Below, in pieces: positions 12,836 to 26,723 of a DNA stretch of 64,000 nucleotides. Each line of letters starts with the position of its first letter. Position 1 is the stretch's first letter. A program made the position numbers and the translations under genes. The stretch is from assembly GCF_009914755.1 (NCBI RefSeq), contig NC_060925.1. The stretch is one strand, 5' to 3'. The notes under the pieces were generated by a model, which worked only from the letters and a program-made list of their open reading frames with translations, did not search any database and was not told the origin of the DNA. The DNA is from the human T2T-CHM13v2.0 reference genome, Homo sapiens.

Positions 12836-15637
12836 TTACCTCTTTTGTTCAGGCTACTATCTCTTGTAACTTTATACTGCAACAACTCTCTCCACCCTGC
12901 CAACTCATGACCATTCCTGCAAATTTTCCTGCCTGGTTTATCTCCTCTACTGCCTCTTCTCCAATCCATTCCATGTGCAATAGCCAAAGCATTATTTCTA
13001 AAAGGTATCCCATTACAGGGTTGTCTGTAGATAAAGCATGAGCTCCCTAGCTTCAGAGAAAATGCCCTCAGTTATCAAGGTCCCTGCATACCTCCCAACA
13101 ATTCTGAGAGTGAAGTTTTACTCTCTATTTTACTGTCTGGGAGTGGTCAAAGAAATGTTCCAAGGTTTTGCAGTTATTCGCTGGTCAAGTTGGGATTTAT
13201 ACACAAGTCTCTCTGAGCCCAGAGCCTATGATCTCTTCACTGGCCCACACTGCCTCTCTCCCCGCACACTGACCATCCATAACTGACAAATAAGAGGCAG
13301 CATCTGATAAACAAGAAAGAAATGGTGCATCCGGTAAGAAAGAGGAGCTAGAAGGGAGATATCATGGTGGGCTATTGAGCTGGGGAATCATTCCTGGAGG
13401 GGTAGGGGCTCTAGGGGTCTGGAGGGACAGACTAGCAAAGATGGTACTGGAAAGAATGCTGAAGTGCTTTCAGAATTGTCTGGTGAGATGAAGTGAGGTT
13501 CAAGTCTGAATAGAAACATGTGCTGCAGATGGTGTTTTCTTCTTCCCCAGCAATGGCAAAATCATAGGAAGCTCAGAAATTTTGTTTTACATTTCAGTTA
13601 TTGTTTGCTGGGGATGGAAGCACCATGTTAAGTTTTAGGGCTTGCCATATTCTCTTTGATAGTCAGAGATTAACAAACTCTGGTTGGTTGGGAGCGGGAG
13701 AAGAGTCCCTTCCCCTTGAGTTCCTACCCATAGTCTTATTATATCACCCTGCAGTGATGCTACCCAAATATCTATTCATCTGTTCAGCAAATCTCAGAAA
13801 CCTGCTGGGTACCAGACCCCCATGCTAGAGATGCAGAAAACAGTCAGAGGTGGTTATTGGACTCAAAGTACTCATGATTTAGTGGGGAGAATATCCCCTA
13901 TACAATGACGATACTATGTGAGAAGTGCTCTGGGGTTTGGGGTAGGGAGTGCACAGGGAAGTTTTCTTAGAAATGACATCTAACTAAGTTTCTGAGGGAA
14001 TGTTTTCCATCAAAAGGAATATTTGGGCTCATTTCAAAAGGCAAATTTGGGTTATTGCCTTTTGTTATTGTAATGGCAGAACAATGTGCTCTTGCTTGAT
14101 GTTGTGGAGCATTTAGAGCATGCAAGGTAGAATAGCTGTGCGGTAGAATCCCTGGTTTGGGGAATCTAAAATGTAGTTTCATATTTCATGGGGATTTCCT
14201 CAACTATGGAACAGGGATAATAACATCATTTCCTAAGATTTCATAGTCAAAGTACCTGCCAGATTGTCTGAAGGTGGCATGAAAGGTGAAACACACCCTT
14301 GGGCTATATTAGGGGCTCAGTGAGGTAGTGCAAAAGAATAATGGCCCAGGATGCAGACAACTGTGTGATTTTCCAGCTATGTGACTCTGCAAAAGTTACT
14401 TCACCACAACGAACCTCAGTTGCTTCCTTTGTCCAACAGGGACAATATTACCTTGCCTAGCCACTAAATGGTAGCATTGGTCCTTGGTCTCCCATCTCAT
14501 GCTCTATGACCCCCTCTCTCAGCCTGTTTCCTCATCTGTGAACAGGACAAGATGAGATTCTGTGCAGAGAAAGAATAAGAGAATATTCTCTAAGGGCTGT
14601 TTAGCTTTGACATCCTATGCATAAAACAACAGCCAGATTGGACTATTGCTTAATTCTATCCAAGCTGCCAGATAGGCATTTGAATAAGTAATCTAATATA
14701 TACATTTTTATTCTATTAAATATTCAGGTCATCTCCTGGTTGGGATGAGTATTCAGAATGATGATTGCTTAGAAACACACCATTCCAAATACAAATGAGA
14801 ATATATTTGCAATATTCGGTTCAGCAAGGATGGAAAGGTATGAGATTAGGTTCTGAAAATAATCACACCTTTCACATCTTGGATGCCTATATACACATTT
14901 ACTACATGCCTTTCTTCATAACCTTGGAAATGCAAATCCTTGGACTCTTAGAAGCCTGAATATTTGCCCTGTACTAAGTCAATTCTCATGTGAAGATGGT
15001 AGAATGGGGCAAAAAGATGTGACTTCTCATCTGGTGTTCGAGGCCCAACTACATCTTCCTCATCCCATAAGCAGTGGTCTGTTCCCCTCACACTCCAGCA
15101 GGGACAGAGTGCTCACCACTTTTCAAAGCCACTAATCCCACTGGTAGGCAGCTTCGACTTGAGGAAATAGCCATTCACATTGAGCAAAATCCCTACCTCT
15201 AGTGCCCCTACATTGATCTTTGTTCTGCATTGTTTCTTCTGCCCTCAGATATTCCTGCAGGGATCAAAGTCATTGACCCTATCCCTTCAAAGTCAGCCTT
15301 TTCCTTGAGCTGAACTACCACTCCCTTCAACCATAAGCCTGCTCTTTCTTTGTTGTAGAACAGAACTCTTGAGGGATTAGCCTGGGGGACACAAAGAGCA
15401 ACAGCAAGCTCAAGATGCCCTGGTGAATTCATTTTTCTCTGGCTTCCTTTGCCATTTGGTAAGAGAAAAAGAAGCTTTTAAAGTAACAGTGGCAAAGTAG
15501 CTGATTCTGAGGAAACTTGCCAAGGCTTTTCAGGAAACAGCACCACTGGGGAAGGGAGACATTTGGATTGTGGCAAGATGAACAGCGAGGGTTACCATAT
15601 GAACTATTCCCAACCAACATTACACCTGCCTCAGAAG

Positions 15638-15682
15638 GTGTGTATGTGTGCATATATGTGTGTGTGTGTGTGTGTATCTGTG
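15638..15682. repeat. Imperfect (TG)n microsatellite
   Basis: gtgtgtatgtgtgcatatatgtgtgtgtgtgtgtgtg. Confidence 0.85.
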
Positions 15683-16999
15683 CGGAAGTATCTATGCTTG
15701 TGAATGAGCATCTACTCTCATATATCCAACAATGCTTTGGTTGTGTTAGTATACGTAAGTTCTTCACTTGGCCACTTGCCACGTCTCTTCAAGATTCACT
15801 CAGATGTTACCTCCTCTAGGAAGCATTCTGTGATATGCTTTTGACCTTAACCAACCCCGCACTCCCAGGAAGTTTTCTGTGCTTTCTTCTATGTTGTTCA
15901 TTTCCTTGCCTGTCTGCCCATTAGATTGTGGTACCTTTTTGAGCATCCTGACTGTGATGGATTCATCTCTGTGCCTCTGTGCCTGGCACAAGCATGGGTA
16001 CTCTGTACATGTTGGTTACATGAATGCATTTGAAGAAAGATGTCTCAGTCCTAGTCCAGGGTTTTACCACTGGCTTTGCTGCCATGCTTTGCTTTTCTTA
16101 TAACAGGCTGAGGTGATGCAAATTAAGAAGAACAAAACTCCCACAAGGCTCAGGGAGATTGTGGCTCAGGGAGATGGGGACATTTGTAGAGAAATAACTC
16201 AAATTAGCCAGTGGTATCCACACTTCTGAAATTGCACGAGCCTCCCTGTGAGAGGTGAAAGTTGGGGTGTAGTGTTGTTTCTCCATCCCCAGTCTGCTTT
16301 GGGCCAACTATTCTCAGCGTGTGATCTGCTCTTCTCCTCTGCTTGGCCCCTGAGGAGCATCCATTCCTATAGAGCTGACACTCACATTTTCCTTTTATCC
16401 AGCCAATTTATAGCTTTTGAATGTTCCCCATGCAGATGTGCAGGATTCTTGCACACATCTGCATATCAGAAGGGCAGTGGAAGTTCCTTGGCAAGAGGCC
16501 CTGGCTCAGCAGGAGTGCTCCATTGGTAACCCCCGAGTTGTGAAAGGATCTCTCCCTGTATTGTTCTGGGGCCAAGGAACTCAGCCAGAGACTGGGCTGG
16601 GCAGGGCTTTTAGGGGTAGAGAAAACTGCAACATCTTAATCTCCTCTGGACACAGAAAATCAGTGGGCACATCTTGGGGCAGAGCACTGGTATCTGAGGC
16701 AATGACACAAAGGGAAGAGAAGGAAAATTCATTCATTAATATATTCGTTTAGGAGCAGCCCATAACCCTATTTGTAGAGGGACTGCTTTGTGCCAAGCAG
16801 TATAAGTCAGTGAGTCATTAAATACCAGGATCTGCTTCATATTTGAGATCTGCCATTCTCAAGGTCTGGGACCCGGGGTAAGTCTTTTAACCTATTTGAT
16901 ATCAGTTTCCACATCTATAAAATGGAATGGTAATGGTATTGGCTGCTTACCAGATACATTGAAGGGAAGATTATTCTTTTATAGCACTTTGTTTACTGT

Positions 17000-17160
17000 A
17001 CATTTACTGTGTTAGGCATTATTAGAGGCACCTTAAACATTCTGTCTTATTATTTCCCACAATAAACCTGCAAGATAGATATTAGTACTCCTGCTTTTTT
17101 TGTCAACTAAACTGAGGCACAGAGATGTTAAGATTCTTCCCAAGGTCATGTAGTATATAA
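17000..17160 (-). mobile_element. MIR SINE
   Basis: aactgaggcacagagatgttaag...cccaaggtca MIR core, antisense. Confidence 0.75.
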
Positions 17161-19149
17161 AGAAGCTGTCAGACCTAACTTCCAGGGCCCTGGTAAGTCA
17201 GGCTCAGTTAAATGTCCCTGATGAGGCAGGGCCAAATTTGGAGAGTCCCAAGGGAAAGGAGGCCTAAGCTGCATATGAGCCAGCAGAGAAGAGAAAACCA
17301 ATTTTTTTTGCCCAGAGAGGCTGAGATCACAGTTGGAAAGATATGCTGGGTGTCAGATCTAATGTGTAAGGCATGAAAGGAAAAGAGAGAGTTAATACTG
17401 AGCCTGGTAATTATGAAGGGCAAGAAACAGGCTCCCAAGAGAGGCCATGGCCAGCGAGTCAGCACAAAGGCTGAGACTGAAGGGAACGTGCCAGAGAAGG
17501 CTGGCCTTGAGTAGGCACTTTCTCTCCCTGGAGCCGTAGAAGGGCTAATAATACCTAGACCATAAAGATGAGGTGAGGACTAAGTGAAGAGCTGCACAGA
17601 AAGCTCCTTTTATATCTGGAGCACAGCAGGTGCTTAATAAATGCATCTAGAGAAAAATATTAAGGTGTGTTTTTATAAGATTCCAGAATGAGAAACAGAG
17701 GTCACTGTATTCATTCTCCAGAAAAGGGGTCCCAGCTTTAGACTAGGCTATGGAGGACTGTTGGGGCAGACTTCTTGCAGGGTTTTGTTCCCATGAAGAT
17801 CCGTGGGGCCTGAAATTAGCACAGCAGGGAAGTGCAATAGCCCTACTTTAGGGAAGGAGGAGGGTAAAAATAGGGTGTGTGTCCCTGAGATTAGTTTCCT
17901 GGATCAGCTCTATGGGTCCATGTTTGAGCACCAGGGAGAGAGGAGTTGCAGGTAGAAGTTATTTCCAAAAAGACCACAGAGCTGTGAATACAAAGTGAGG
18001 GAGATGAACATTTGTCCCATTTATAGATCGGAAAAAGGTGTGACTTTGGTTGTGATAGTATTTCTTGTTCTGACAGCTTGATATTATAAACAGGCAGCAC
18101 CCTTGGCTAGATCAAGGGATTTCTCCTGGTGGACAGTGAGAGCCCTGAGTAGGATGGGGCACTCTCAAATGCAAGAAACAGGAAGCCTCACAGGATGGGC
18201 CGAACAAGAAAGAAGCAACATGGTAGACATCATGTAGAAGTGGATAGCACCCTTTCTGAGCTTACATACAATGCCACTTGGAGACATCTAGAAACAACTG
18301 AATGAGACTTGGAGGAAGACTGGAGTCCTGCCTTAACAGGTAGAGGAATGAGGCAGCAAACCACATGTGATTATTATAAATAGAACCTCATTTGTGCCTG
18401 CAGGCTGTTCAATTTCTCCAGGTCTGGGGAAACATCAGTTACACACTCTGCTTAAACTCTAAATTACTCTTAGGGGTCTGAGGTAATTTCCAAAGACGGG
18501 TATCCCTATGCTTCTTTTGTGTATTTCTTCCCTTACTTCTGACACACTGTTGGCAAGTAAGTCCCCTTGTTTCATTGTCTCAAATATTCCTCAAATTCAC
18601 TTCCTCCTTCCTCAGTTTTATTCTGGGTGCATGAGGAATAGGGTCCACTTCTTCAGGCATTTAGGGTGGTATAAGAGCTAACCTATGCCCTATATTATGT
18701 TAAGTGCAGGAAATCTAAGGAGCTATAAAGCATAGACTTTTCCCTTCAAAATTTTGTGGTGTGATTTCAACCACACATCTTAAGACTCCTCGAAACTCTG
18801 TTAAAGAATGAATGGAACTACTCATTTACTCATTCACTCATTCACTCAACCAATCAACTAATAAACATGCTCTGAGAACTCTCCTGACCTTGAGGCTGGC
18901 TCCTGGGGACACACAGCCCCTGTGCTTGAGGTGCTTCTGATCTGGGGATACAAGTCCACAATAGAGAGTTGGGCACTGAGTAGCCTCCACTGTTGACAGT
19001 GGGCAAGCTGAAAGGACAATGCAAATTATTTTTGTAAAAATATATTCCCTAAGCCATTTGTCAGATGATTTCTTTTACTCATCCTCTTCCGTGCAAGATG
19101 TGCCTGATTGATGTGGATAAGGGATCGGGTCCACTTCAAGGTCCCCTTC

Positions 19150-19365
19150 AGAGGCAGTGTAGAGTAAGGAAAGAGCACAGGCCTCAGGCCTAGATCATCT
19201 TGGGTTTCAATCCCAGTCTACCATTGATTAGATTTGTAACTTCATTCAAATCACTTCACCTCCCTGAATCTCAACTTCTTCGTGTGTAAAAAGGAGCTGA
19301 TTTATGCAAAGTGTATAGCATAGTCCTGGGCATAAATAGGTACTCAGTAGATGGAAGCTATTATT
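19150..19365 (+). mobile_element. MIR SINE
   Basis: ggcagtgtagagtaaggaaagagcacagg...tcacttcacctccctgaatctc...ggtactcagtagatgg. Confidence 0.75.
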
Positions 19366-21194
19366 TTATTCAAAATTTCAGCTTTGGCAAAATTTATTAG
19401 TGTTCAACAAATAAATGAACTTTACTGTGATGAGCTACTGAGATTTGGGAGTTTTTCTGTATTAATGGCCTAGCCCAGCCTATACTGACTAGCACAAAGG
19501 GCAGGGATGTGGTCTTCTCATGTTCTCTCATCTGAGGCAACCAGTTCAGAGCTGCTTGCTCGTTTATTTTATTTGTTTCCCTTTTAAATTCCAAGTCTCA
19601 AATTTGACCTTTGGACGATGCTAGTTGGTAAAAGGCCCAGGTTTTCCCACATGCTGATTGTCTGCTGTGCTTGTCCAGTGTCTACATATGGAGTGGGACA
19701 ACAATGCTTGTAACTGATCCTGCGTGGAGGCCTCTTCCTCCCTCCCTTTTTCCCCCATCCCTGGTTCTCTGGAAAGTATCAGGAATAAACAAGAGCACAT
19801 GTGGCACAGCATTCCTCTCTCTGGCTCTGTCGCCAACAGATGGGACACAATAGGTGTTCCTCTGGAGCTCTGATTCTCAGCAGATTGGGAGTGCAAGGTA
19901 GTGGGTGGGGGTGGGGGTGGTGGATGCTAGATGGAGCAAAACTCAAGTTCTTCAGGTCAAACACATGTGTGTCATGGAATCTGAGGGCCCGAAGGAACTG
20001 CTAAGACCATTCAACATTGGTACATAGTTTATCTGGGACAGATTGGGGAGGAGAACTGCCCACAGTCACATAGACCTCTAGTGAGAAAGCCAGGACCTCA
20101 GACTCAAGCCTTCTGAATCCCAATTTTGTGCCTTCTGTATGTTCCTGGACAGCTTTGCTCAAGCATTTACAGTGGCTTCCTATTTTTAACTGTTTCAAAT
20201 TCAAATGTTCTGGTCTGATAATTAGGGTCTAAGATCTGATTCTCACTTTACCTTTCTAGGTTTATTTCAAACTCAATGAGCAACTTGGATTGGTACATCC
20301 TGCTCTTGAAAATTTGATCTACAATTTCAACTAGTATTTTTTTAAGTCCCCCTCTTCTCTGATTTCTATTCTAGGATCCCCGTTTCCTAGTTATGTGTGT
20401 CTGTCTTCTTGATTCTACTCTGTCTTGCCCACTCTGGTTTCTGTGAGGTCCAACCCTCTCTACTAGAGTGGCTTTTGGGTGCATATCTAGGAAGAGCACA
20501 TTGTGTTGCAACAGATAGGGTATGTACGGAGTGGGTGGGATCTGATTTTAGAGCCTCCTGCTAGAGGGGTTGACACAGCAGTGTCCAGGGCATGGCTATC
20601 TCTGATCACAGCCCAAGAGGCAGGCATCAAGAGGATCTGAGATGAAAGATAAGGAACCGTTCAGCAAGGTCTTACACAGGGATTGGGTAACTGTGAGAGG
20701 TGACTTGGAAGTTCAGGAAGAAAGGCAAACTCAGGAAGGTCCATCCAGAAGTCAGGGCAGCATAGTCAGGAAACATGATGAGAGGCCACTACCTGAAGTT
20801 GAGACAGATAATAAGTGTGGGTCTGTTGTGTGGCTGGGATCTTACAGGTGGGGAATTGTCTTTGTGGGCATCAAAATGGACAGAAGTTCCCAGGGATGAG
20901 TCAGGCCAAGAGGCATATTTCTCAAGGCTGAAAGTTGTCCAGTGAAAACTACAAAGCTGGATTCAGAATATCTGAAGTCTTAGAAAAGGGAATTCGTGCT
21001 GTGTGATGGGGGAGAGGATGAGTATGATTTTAGGTGAATAGTCATTTTGGGGCTATGGGTCATGAACAGAAGGAGGAAGTAGATTAGGAGGTTCTTAATT
21101 CACAATAAGGACTCTGGATCAGATATTCCTATTTCCCCCACCTGCTCCTGGACAACACTGCGCTGGCCTAGACAAACTCAGTAATTTCTTAATT

Positions 21195-22000
21195 TATTTA
21201 TTCATCAAACACTCTCTAGAGTCTGCTCTGTGCCAAATCCTGGGCTAAACACTGGGGAAACAGCAGTGAATCAGATACATTCCCAACCTTTAAGGATTTC
21301 ATTTCTGGGAGAAAAACATTCTCCCATTACTGGGTATATACCCAAAGGATTATAAATCATGCTGCTATAAAGACACATGCACACATATGTTTATTGCGGC
21401 ACTATTCACAACAGCAAAGACTTGGAACCAACCCAAATGTCCAACAATGATAGACTGGATTAAGAAAATGTGGCACATATACACCATGGAATACTATGCA
21501 GCCATAAAAAATGATGAGTTCATGTCCTTTGTAGGGACATGGATGAAGCTGGAAACCATCATTCTCAGCAAACTATCGCAAGGACAAAAAACCAAACACT
21601 GCATGTTCTCACTCATAGGTGGGAATTGAACAATGAGAACACATGGACACAGGAAGGGGAACATCACACACTGGGGACTGTTGTGGGGTGGGGGGAGAGG
21701 GGAGGGATAGCATTAGGAGATATACCTAATGCTAAATGACGAGTTAATGGGTGCAGCACACCAACATGGCACATGTATACATATGTAACAAACCTGCACG
21801 TTGTGCACATGTACCCTAAAACTTAAAGTATAATAATAATAAAAAAAATGGAGTGATAAGTGCTTTGAGAGACGGAAGACAAGGGGGCTGTTGAAACACA
21901 GAAGAGGCACCTAACCCAGATTGGAGGCAAAGTGAGGTAGTCAGAGGGAGTGGATTAGGAAGTTTCTAAAAGACGGTAATGTCTGCTGAGAGACATGAAT
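21195..22000 (-). mobile_element. L2 fragment interrupted by L1PA
   Basis: ttattcatcaaacac...ctctgtgccaaatcctgggctaaacactgggg, resuming after the L1 with gtgataagtgct...ggcacctaacccaga. Confidence 0.65.
21322..21848 (+). mobile_element. Young 5'-truncated L1PA (L1PA3/4-like)
   Basis: Near-consensus ORF2 C-terminus (MFIAALFTTAKTWNQPKCP...MFSLIGGN), G-rich 3' UTR, taataataataaaaa tail. Confidence 0.96.
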
Positions 22001-23044
22001 TCAATATATGAAGAAGAAACAGTGTCATATTGTTTTAGAGAAATACAGGCAGGCTTGTGAGATGAACTGGCAGAAAAACAAAACAAAAAAACTTCAGTTC
22101 ATGAGTGGAAATAAGCAATGGGAAAATCAAGTAGGTTGTTCTTAGATGTCCAGATTTGTAAGCACATGGCATTAGGGAGGTCTGGACTCTTGGTTGAGGT
22201 TCAAGAGAAGAGAGAAGTGATTCCAGGCTCCCAGGAGGAGGCTGACCTCATCTAAAGGGAGCCTAGGCTTGATGATGGAAGCCTCACGTATTATCTCATT
22301 TATTGTTTACTATATCTACAACCTGGCCACCAGGGCTCTCTGCACTAGGGTTTGAGCTCAAATTTCCAGCTAAGAGTAAGGTGTTGCTTTGCTTCTCATG
22401 GGTCAGACTTTGTGTATTTCCCTTCCTTGAAGCCTTGGTGGAAAGTAATAACTGGTGATGGAGTAGAATTGGGTAAGGTGGATCCTAGTACTAGACTTAC
22501 TATTCTTCCTGTGTAGACTTCTTTGCTCCTTCTCTTCTGGCTCTGATGGAGACATTTTGGGTAGCTTTTTTTTTTTTTCAAATCAAGGCTCAGGAGAGGG
22601 CTCTGGGAGAAAAGGACCTTCATTTTAGTTCAGCTCAGCTCAGTCATGTTATGCACTGGGATTTGGAGCCAAAATCCTAGGTAATAATAATAATAACTAA
22701 CTTCTCCTCTCTTGTGAATATATTTGCCTCAAGGAGTTGCCAGGGAGAATTGGCTGAGATGAGGTTAGATTTGGGTATTTTTGAATCCCCTGGCAAAATC
22801 CTGTCATGATGTTATTTCAGCAACACCTTCAGCAATATTGCTGTCAAGTAGTTTTAGCCAGAGACTGATTGTCCCCCAGTTCCCTGTCAACCTCCTCCTT
22901 GGGACCTTGAATCTCTTTGCTCTTCTCTTGATCTTCAGCCAAGAGTTTAAACCTCACTGGTGTAATTTACTTGCTAACATTAACATTTAAGGACTTCCTG
23001 CTTATTTTCCCATCACTGAATTCTGCTCATTTGCTACTTTTTAA

Positions 23045-23955
23045 AAATATTTTTTAATTGACATATAATAATTGTACATATTCATGGGAAACAGTGATAT
23101 TTTGATATATATAATATATAGTGATCAGATCAAGGTAATTAGCATATCCATCATCTCACACTTATTTCTTTGTGCTGGAAACATTCAATATCATTGTTCT
23201 AGCTGAAATTATATAACTATTATTGTTAACTATAGTCATCCTACAGTGGCATAGAGCCCTAGAACTTATTCCTCCTATCTACCTGTAATCTTGTATCCTG
23301 TAGCAAATCTCTCCCTATGTATGAGATCAACTTTTTTTTTTTTTTTTTTAGCATCCACATATGAGTGAGAACATGCGGTATTTAACTTTCTGTTCCCGGC
23401 TTATTTCACTTTACAGAATGTCCTCCAGCTTCTTCCATGTTGCCATAAATGACAGGATGTCAGTCTTTTTGATGATTGACTAGTATTCCATTGTGTATAT
23501 ACACCACATTTTCTTTATCCATTCATCTGTTGTTGGACACCTAGATCTACATCTTGGCTGTTAACAGTTCTGCAATAAACATGGTGGTGCAGATGTCTTT
23601 TTGATATACTGATTTCCTTTCCTTTGGATAAATGCCCAGTAGTGGGATTGCTGGATCATGTAGTAGCTCTATTTGTACTTTTTTGAGGAAATTCCATACT
23701 GTTCTCCACAGTGGCTGTACTAGTTTACATTCCCATCAACGGTGTATAAGAGTTCCCTTTTCTCCACATCCTTTCCAGCATTTATTATTTTTGTCTTCTC
23801 AATAATAGCCACCCTCATGGGTGAGATGATACCTCATTGTGGTTTTCATTGGAATTTCCTTAATGATTAATGACATTCAGCATTTTCCATATATTTTTTG
23901 GTCATTTGTATGTCTTTTGAGAAATGTCTGTTCAGATCATTTGCTCATCTTTTGT
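23045..23955 (-). mobile_element. L1MA (L1MA4-like) 3' fragment
   Basis: ttaattgacatataataattgtacatattcatggg...cccagtagtgggattgctggatc. Confidence 0.88.
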
Positions 23956-24149
23956 TGGGACTCCAGGGACTGATTATTCCAACAATAATGGTGAATTTTT
24001 CAAACAAACAGGTAGGGTACTTGACCTCATGCTTAGTTACATTTTCCCTTTCATGTTTTCCTTCACTGTTAAACAGAACAGTGAGTTGAATACCAGAAAT
24101 TCAACCAGGGTGAGTAAATTACCAAGGTAATAGCAATAATGGCCATTTG

Positions 24150-24410
24150 TAGAACAGTGTGGTATGATGGAAAGAACAGGAGTCAGTAGGAACTAATTTT
24201 GAATCTGTGCTTAGTTAACCAGCTCGGTAGCTTTCAACAAGTGACTTCACTCAGTTTCCTTATCTAAAAAAAAATAGGTGTCATAATTCCTACCAGATAA
24301 GTTTTTTGAGAGAAGTAAACTATATTTAATTCCTCAAGGGTTGAGTGCATAATATATTCTTCATATACTCAGTATCTATAGAGCACCTGGCACACAGTAG
24401 GTAGAAAGTG
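24150..24410 (+). mobile_element. MIR SINE
   Basis: cagtgtggtatgatggaaagaaca...ctcagtttccttatct...cctggcacacagtagg. Confidence 0.7.
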
Positions 24411-24763
24411 AAAGATAGCAGTTAGTAATATTTATTTGGGAGAGAATATATTATAAACATCCAGGCAAATCAAGAAAGAGAAAGATCATCTTGTTCTTCA
24501 CTGTATGGATCTCAAAATCAGAAAGGCAGATGGGTTAAGAGTTCAAGGCAGTTCTAATTACAACGCTAATGTTATTAGCTGTTAATTATCTGCATGTTGC
24601 TATCAACTTAGCTCAGTCAGATGTGGTGTCTCTTTCTGAAAGCAAATCTTGGTTCTCTAAAATATCTCTAATGTAATTAATATATTTCATTACCTTTGTT
24701 CTGGCATTAGCTGCTCAAACTAAACAAAACATGGGCAGATTTTGGCCACTTATTGAGGAACTG

Positions 24764-24766
<3 letters not shown>

Positions 24767-24809
<43 letters not shown>

Positions 24810-24865
24810 AGAAAGAGAGAGAGACAGACAGACACAGACAGACAGAGACAGAGAGCTAGACAGAG
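24767..24865. repeat. Compound (TG)n-(AG)n-(AGAC)n microsatellite
   Basis: About 19 TG units followed by agagagaaagagaga...gacagacagac. Confidence 0.95.
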
Positions 24866-25429
24866 ATGTCGCCAGTTCTGTTGATTATGGATTTTGCTAT
24901 ATAGAATTACAGTTAAATGCTTATGTCAGATTAGCAGTGGTTAGCTGGGGAGAAGGTTGTATACAAGTTGAGGACTAAAGGTAACCTTTGAAATAGTTGC
25001 ACTGTTGCTTTTTGGATGGGCAGATACGATTTGAAGTCCCTTGATCATATCTGAGATCATCCTTTTATGGCAGAACAGCCAGATTTTGCTTTGCCAAGTC
25101 AATCTAAAAAGTAACTCAAACAGAACTGTGGTGGGGCCTGGCCTCTACATTCAGGTACTTGTAGGAATAAGATAAGGAATAGGTATATGTTGAATGAGGT
25201 ATAATAAGAATTTGAAATACCTTTTAACCAGATAACTACAAAGGCAAGAAACTTATCATGTTTCTAAAGAGAGCAAGGAAATGCCAGCCTGTAACCCTCA
25301 GGTTTAAGGGTCAACTCTCATTTCCCTCAAGGATTATGGTAACTAGTCCCTATAATCAATAAGAAACCTCTGGTACCCTCTGAACTTTTGTAAGAATCTT
25401 GAAAGATGCTTCTTCATGTGTACATACAG

Positions 25430-25800
25430 TAATTCAACAAATGTTTGAACACCAACTATGTGCCCAGCAGAGAGATGAATAAGATATGGTTCTGTCTGTA
25501 AAGCGTCCACAATCTAATGAAGGAAAAAGATATCATAGTATGCAGTAGTATGATACATGCTACGATAGAGGTTTGTGCAAACCACTGTGAAAGCACAGAA
25601 GATATACCTACATCTGTCTAGGCAAGGAGGGGCTTAGAGAATGCCCTCGAAGGTGGTCACGATGAATAGGAATTAACTAGATCAACAAGTGTGAAGGAAG
25701 TCATTTGAGGCTGAGGGACCAACATGTGCAAAAGCCTGGAAATGAAATAGAAGTTAGTCCATTCTAGGAACTGTAAATACTTGAGAATAGTTTGAGCACA
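25430..25800 (-). mobile_element. L2 fragment
   Basis: attcaacaaatgtttgaacaccaactatgtgcc...catgtgcaaaagcctgga. Confidence 0.75.
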
Positions 25801-26723
25801 AAGAAGAAAAACTGGGAAAAAAAATGAGGAGGGGTGTTTGCCCAAGTGCTTTATGAAAGCCAGAGATGAGCGCCCACCCCTCTCCCAACGTATGACATTT
25901 TGAATGTTGCTATTTCCTGCCCCTAAAGATCCTTTATCACTGGAATAGTGGTATTCTGTTAAGTTTAGGCCTCAGCCTATCCACTTAAAAAGGTACCTGG
26001 TTGACTAGCCTCCAGAATCAAATGAGATAGTGGATACAAAGAACGTAACATAATCCTGTCACTCCATGGAGTCAGAAGACCTGTTTAATCACTAGCTTTG
26101 ACATTTAGGGCCCAAGTGTGAACTTGGGAAAAAGCTATTTAACTAGCCTGAACTTCAGTTTCTTTATTTATCAAATGGGTGTGCTTATGGAGAGGATTCA
26201 ATAAAATAATTTTCTATCATTCAATATATAAACCGAGTTTTGCTGCTTAAGCAAAATGGTTTATTAGTATTAATCCTGTGGGTATCTGGACCCCTGTTCC
26301 ATTTATGCATGTGTCCAGATCAAGTTGTCTAACTTGCCACACTGATGAGCTTGAGTTCTCCCAACAGCTTTGGTCAACTAGAATCCCAGCTGACCATACA
26401 GGCTGGCTCTTTGCTGCCCCCACCTGTCTGGAGCCAGCTTCCACAGTAGCAATAGGACTGGAAGCCCAGCCTGGTGCTGCAGCTTTGGCCTCCCTCCCAC
26501 ACATCCTGATATGTCAGGAATAGAAAGTGCAGCACCTAGGACTAACCTCAGCTCATACCCCTTCCCAGTGTGTGTTTTTGTGTGCTTGCAGATGCACCTG
26601 GGAGATGCAGATCCATTTTGGGTGAATGGTGGAGGCTGTGTAGTCAGTAGGCAAAAAGCTAATACGTTCCTGTTTGTCCAGAGCCTCAGTGACTTCTTAA
26701 GCACCTGAGAGTCTGCAGTCTTA

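Noticed and set aside
17218-17245. ctgatgaggcagggccaaa as a hammerhead ribozyme core
   Set aside because: CUGAUGA and a 3-bp stem II are present, but the required GAAA and stems I/III are not. The ctgatgag at 26342 also lacks the rest of the core.
19903-19923. G-quadruplex candidate gggtgggggtgggggtggtgg
   Set aside because: Only three runs of three or more G; too common to be notable.
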